A stretch of 64,000 bases of DNA from assembly GCF_009914755.1 (NCBI RefSeq), contig NC_060939.1; one strand, written 5' to 3'. A program made the translations under genes and the position numbers. This stretch comes from the human T2T-CHM13v2.0 reference genome, Homo sapiens. A model generated the notes under the pieces. The model was not told the DNA's origin. It saw only the letters and a list, made by a program, of their open reading frames with translations, and searched no databases. Shown here piece after piece: positions 56,601 through 64,000 of this stretch (its first letter is position 1; every line of letters starts with the position of its first letter).

Positions 56601-59331
56601 TTCTCAGAATCCCTCTGTGTAGTTTTTATGTGAAGATATTTCCTTTTCCACAATAGGACCCAGAGCACTCCAAGTATCCACTTTCAGATTCTACAAAGAG
56701 AGTGTTTCAAAACTGCTCAATCATAAGATAGTTTCAAGTCTGTGGGATGAATGCATACACCACAAATAAGTTTCTCAGAATGGTTCTGTGTAGTATTTAT
56801 TTGAAGATATTTCCTTTTCTGCCATATGCTGCAAAGGGCTACAAATATCCTCTTGCAGATACTACAAAAAGAGAGATTCAAAGCTGCTCTTTGAAAAGAT
56901 AGGTTCAACTCTGTGAGATGAATGCTCTCATGACAAAGAAGTTTCTCAGAATGATTCTGTGTAGTTTTTATGTGAAGATATTTCCTTTTGCACCATAGGC
57001 CACAAATGGCTCCAAATATCCACTTGCAGGTGCTACAAAATAGAGTTTCAAAACTTCTTAATCAAAAGATAGGTTCAACTCTGGGAGGTGAATCCACATG
57101 TCACAAAGAAGTTTCTCAGAATGCCTCTGTGTATTTTTCATGTGACGACATTTCCTTTACCACCATAGGACTCAAAACCCTCCAAATATCCACCTGCAGA
57201 TTCTACAAAAAGAGTGTTTCCAAACTGAACAATCAAAAGATAAGTTCAACTCTGTGAGATGAATGCAAACATCACAAAGTAGTTTCTCAGGATCCTTCTG
57301 TGTAGTTTTTATGTGAGGATATTTCCTTTTACACCATAAGCCACAAAGGGCTCCAAATATCCACTTGCAGATTCGACAAAAAGAGAGTTTCAAAACTGCT
57401 GTATCAAAAGATAGGTTCAACTCCGTGAGTTGAATACACACATAACAAAGAAGTTTCTCAGAATGCTTCTGTGAAGTTTTTATGTGAAGATATTTCCTTT
57501 TCCACAATAGGCCACATAGTGCTCCAAATATCCACTTGCAGATTCTACAAAAAGGGTTTCCAAGCTGCACAATCAAAATAAATATTCAACTCCGTGAGAT
57601 GAATGCACACATCACAAAGAAATTTCTCAGAATGTTTCTGTGTAGTTTTTATGTGAGGATATTCCCTTTCCCACAATAGGCCTCAAAGCACTCCAAATAT
57701 CCCCTTGCAGATTCTACAAAAGAGAGTTTCAAAACTGGTCAATCAAAAGTTAGGTTTAGCTCTGTGAGTTGAATGCACGCATCACAAAGAAGTTTCGCAG
57801 AATGCTTTTGTGTAGTTTTTATGTAAAGATATTTCTGTTTCAGCCATAGGCCTCAAATCTCTCCAAATATTCACTTGCAGATTCTATAAAAAGAGTATTT
57901 CCGTACTGCCCAAACAAAAGAAATGTTGAAGTCTTTCAGATGAATTCGCAGATCACAAAGAAGTTTCTCAGAATGATTCTGAGTAGTTTTTATGTGAAGA
58001 TATTAACTTTTTCACAATAGGCCTCAAAGCCCTCCAAATATCCACTTGAACATTCTACAAAAAGTGTATTTCATAACTGCTCAATCAAAAGAAAGGTTCT
58101 ACTCTGTGAGATGAATGTACACATCACAAAGAAGTTTCTCAGAATGCTTCTGTGTAGTTTTTATCTGAAGATATTTCCTTTTCCAACATAGGCCACAAAG
58201 GGCTCAAAATATCCAATTGCAGATTGCACAAATATGCAGTTTCAAAGCTGCTCAATCCACAGATATGTTCAACTCTGTGAGTTGAATGCACACATCACAG
58301 AGAAGTTTCTCAGAATCCTTCTTTGTAGTTTTTCCACCGTAGGCCTCAAAGCACTCCAAATATCCACTTTCACATTCCACAAAAAGAGCGTTTCAAACTG
58401 CTCAATCAAAAGTAAGGTTCAACTCTGTGAGATGAATGTACACATCACAAAGCAGTTTTTCAGAATGATTCTGTGTAGTGTTTATCTGAAGATATTTCCT
58501 TTTCCACCATAAGCCTCAAAGGGCTCCAAATATCCACTTGCAGATTCTACAAAAAGAGTGTTTCCAAACTGCTTAAACAAAAGAAAGTTTCAACTCTGTC
58601 ACATGAATGCACTCATTGCAAAGAAACTTCTCAGAATGCTTCTGTGTAGTTTTTATGTGAAGATATTTCCTTTTCCACAATAGTCCCCAAAGCATTCCAA
58701 ATATCCACTTGCAGATTCTACAAAAAAAGTTTCCAAACTGCTCAATCAAAAGAAAGGTTCAAGTCTGTGAGATGAATGCACCCTTCACAAAGAAGTTTCT
58801 CAGAATGCTTCTGAGTAGTTTTTTTTGTGAAGAGATTTCCTTTTACACCATAGGCCATAAAGGGCTCCATATATCCACTTGCAGATTCTACAAAAAGAGA
58901 GTTTCAAAATTGCTCTCTCAAAAGACAGGTTCAACTCTGTGAGTTGAATACACACATAACAAAGAAGTTTCTCAGAATACTTCCGTGAAGTTTTTATGTG
59001 AAGATATTTCCTTTTCCACAATAAGCCACATAGCGCTCCAAATATCCACTTGCAGATTCTACAAAAACAGTGTTTCAAGCTGCACAATCAAAATAAATGT
59101 TCAACTCTGTGAGATGAATACACACATAACCAAGAAATTTCTCAGAACGCTTCTGTGTAATTTTTATGTGAAGATATTTCCTTTTGCACCATAGGCCACA
59201 AAGGGCTCCATATATCCACTTCCAGATTCTACAAAAAGATATTTTCAAAACCGTTCAATCAAAAGATATGTTCAACTCTGAGAGTTGAGTGCACACATCA
59301 CAAAGAAGTTTCTCAGAGTACTGCTGTGTAG
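41658..59331 (-). repeat. Monomeric alpha satellite, reverse orientation
   Basis: About 103 divergent ~171-bp monomers. From ~49.5 kb on, ctgtgtagtt and aaaagatagg variants dominate. Confidence 0.97.
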
Positions 59332-59565
59332 TTTTTTTTAATTTATTTTATTTTATTATTATTATACTTTAAGTTTTAGGGTACATGTGCACATTGTGCA
59401 GGTTTGTTACATATGTGTACATGTGCCACGTTGGTGTGCTGAGCTCATTAACTCGTCATTTAGCATTAGGTATATCTCCTAATGCTATTCCTCCCCAATC
59501 CCCCTTCCCCACATCAGTCCCCAGAGTGTGATGTTCCCCTTCCTGTGTCCATGTGTTCTCATTGC

Positions 59566-63390
<3,825 letters not shown>

Positions 63391-63453
63391 TATGATGTTA
63401 GCTGGTTATTTTGCACCTTGGTTGATGTAGTTTCTTAGTAGCCACAATGGTCT

Positions 63454-64000
63454 TTACAATTTGGCATGATTCTGCAGTGGCTTGTACTGGTTGTTTCTTT
63501 CCATGTTTAGTGCTTCCTTCAGGAGCTCTTTTAGGGCGGGCCTGGTGGTGACAAAATCTCTCAGCATTTGCTTGTCTGTAAAGTATTTTATTTCTCCTTC
63601 ACTTATGAAGCTTAGTTTGGATGGATATGAAATTCTGGGTTGAAAATTCTTTTCTTTAAGAATGTTGAATATTGGCCTCCACTCTCTTCTGGCTTGTAGA
63701 GTTTCTGCCGAGAGATCTGCTGTTAGTCTGATGGGCTTCCCTTTGAGGGTAACCCAACCTTTCTCTCTGGCTGCCCTTAACATTTTTTCCTTCATTTCAA
63801 CTTTGGTGGATCTGACAATTATGTGTCTTGGAGTTGCTCTTCTCGAGGAGTATCTTTGTGGTGTTCTCTGTATTTTCTGAATCTGAATGTTGGCCTGCCT
63901 TGCTAGATTGAGGAAGTTCTCCTGGATAATATCCTGCAGAGTGTTTTCCAACTTGGTTCCATTCTCCACATCACTTTCTGGTACACCAATCAGATATAGA
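63454..64000 (-). pseudogene. L1 ORF1 C-terminal half (RRM/CTD), 5' part outside the window
   Basis: ENGTKLENTLQDIIQENF...AAREKG...QARREW...YPSKLS...QNHAKL*. Open in the visible part, but the conserved YPAKLS reads YPSKLS. Confidence 0.9.

Overview
This is primate (hominoid-like) pericentromeric heterochromatin, with no intact genes, RNA genes or CRISPR arrays. Positions 1-2537 are a divergent (CATTC/CACTC)n HSat3-type satellite carrying two co-amplified ~64-bp Alu fragments. It is fused directly to about 52 kb of divergent monomeric alpha satellite (~171-172-bp units, pJ-alpha/A-type, no CENP-B box seen). The alpha array switches strand at ~18622 and is built from sequence-distinct layers containing several local 1- to 15-monomer duplications. 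Six L1PA2-L1PA4-like insertions interrupt it: four 5'-truncated, one 5'-inverted with ~1.65 kb missing, and one long copy with a decayed ORF2 and the 3' half of ORF1 that runs off the window end. The most unusual signal is a sharply bounded, perfectly identical 178-bp tract shared by two otherwise independent L1 copies 25.6 kb apart (candidate gene conversion or assembly artefact). I found no evidence for a new coding or otherwise novel biological system. All non-L1 ORFs are satellite translation artefacts. All alignments were done by eye, so boundaries may be off by a few bp and subfamily calls are tentative.
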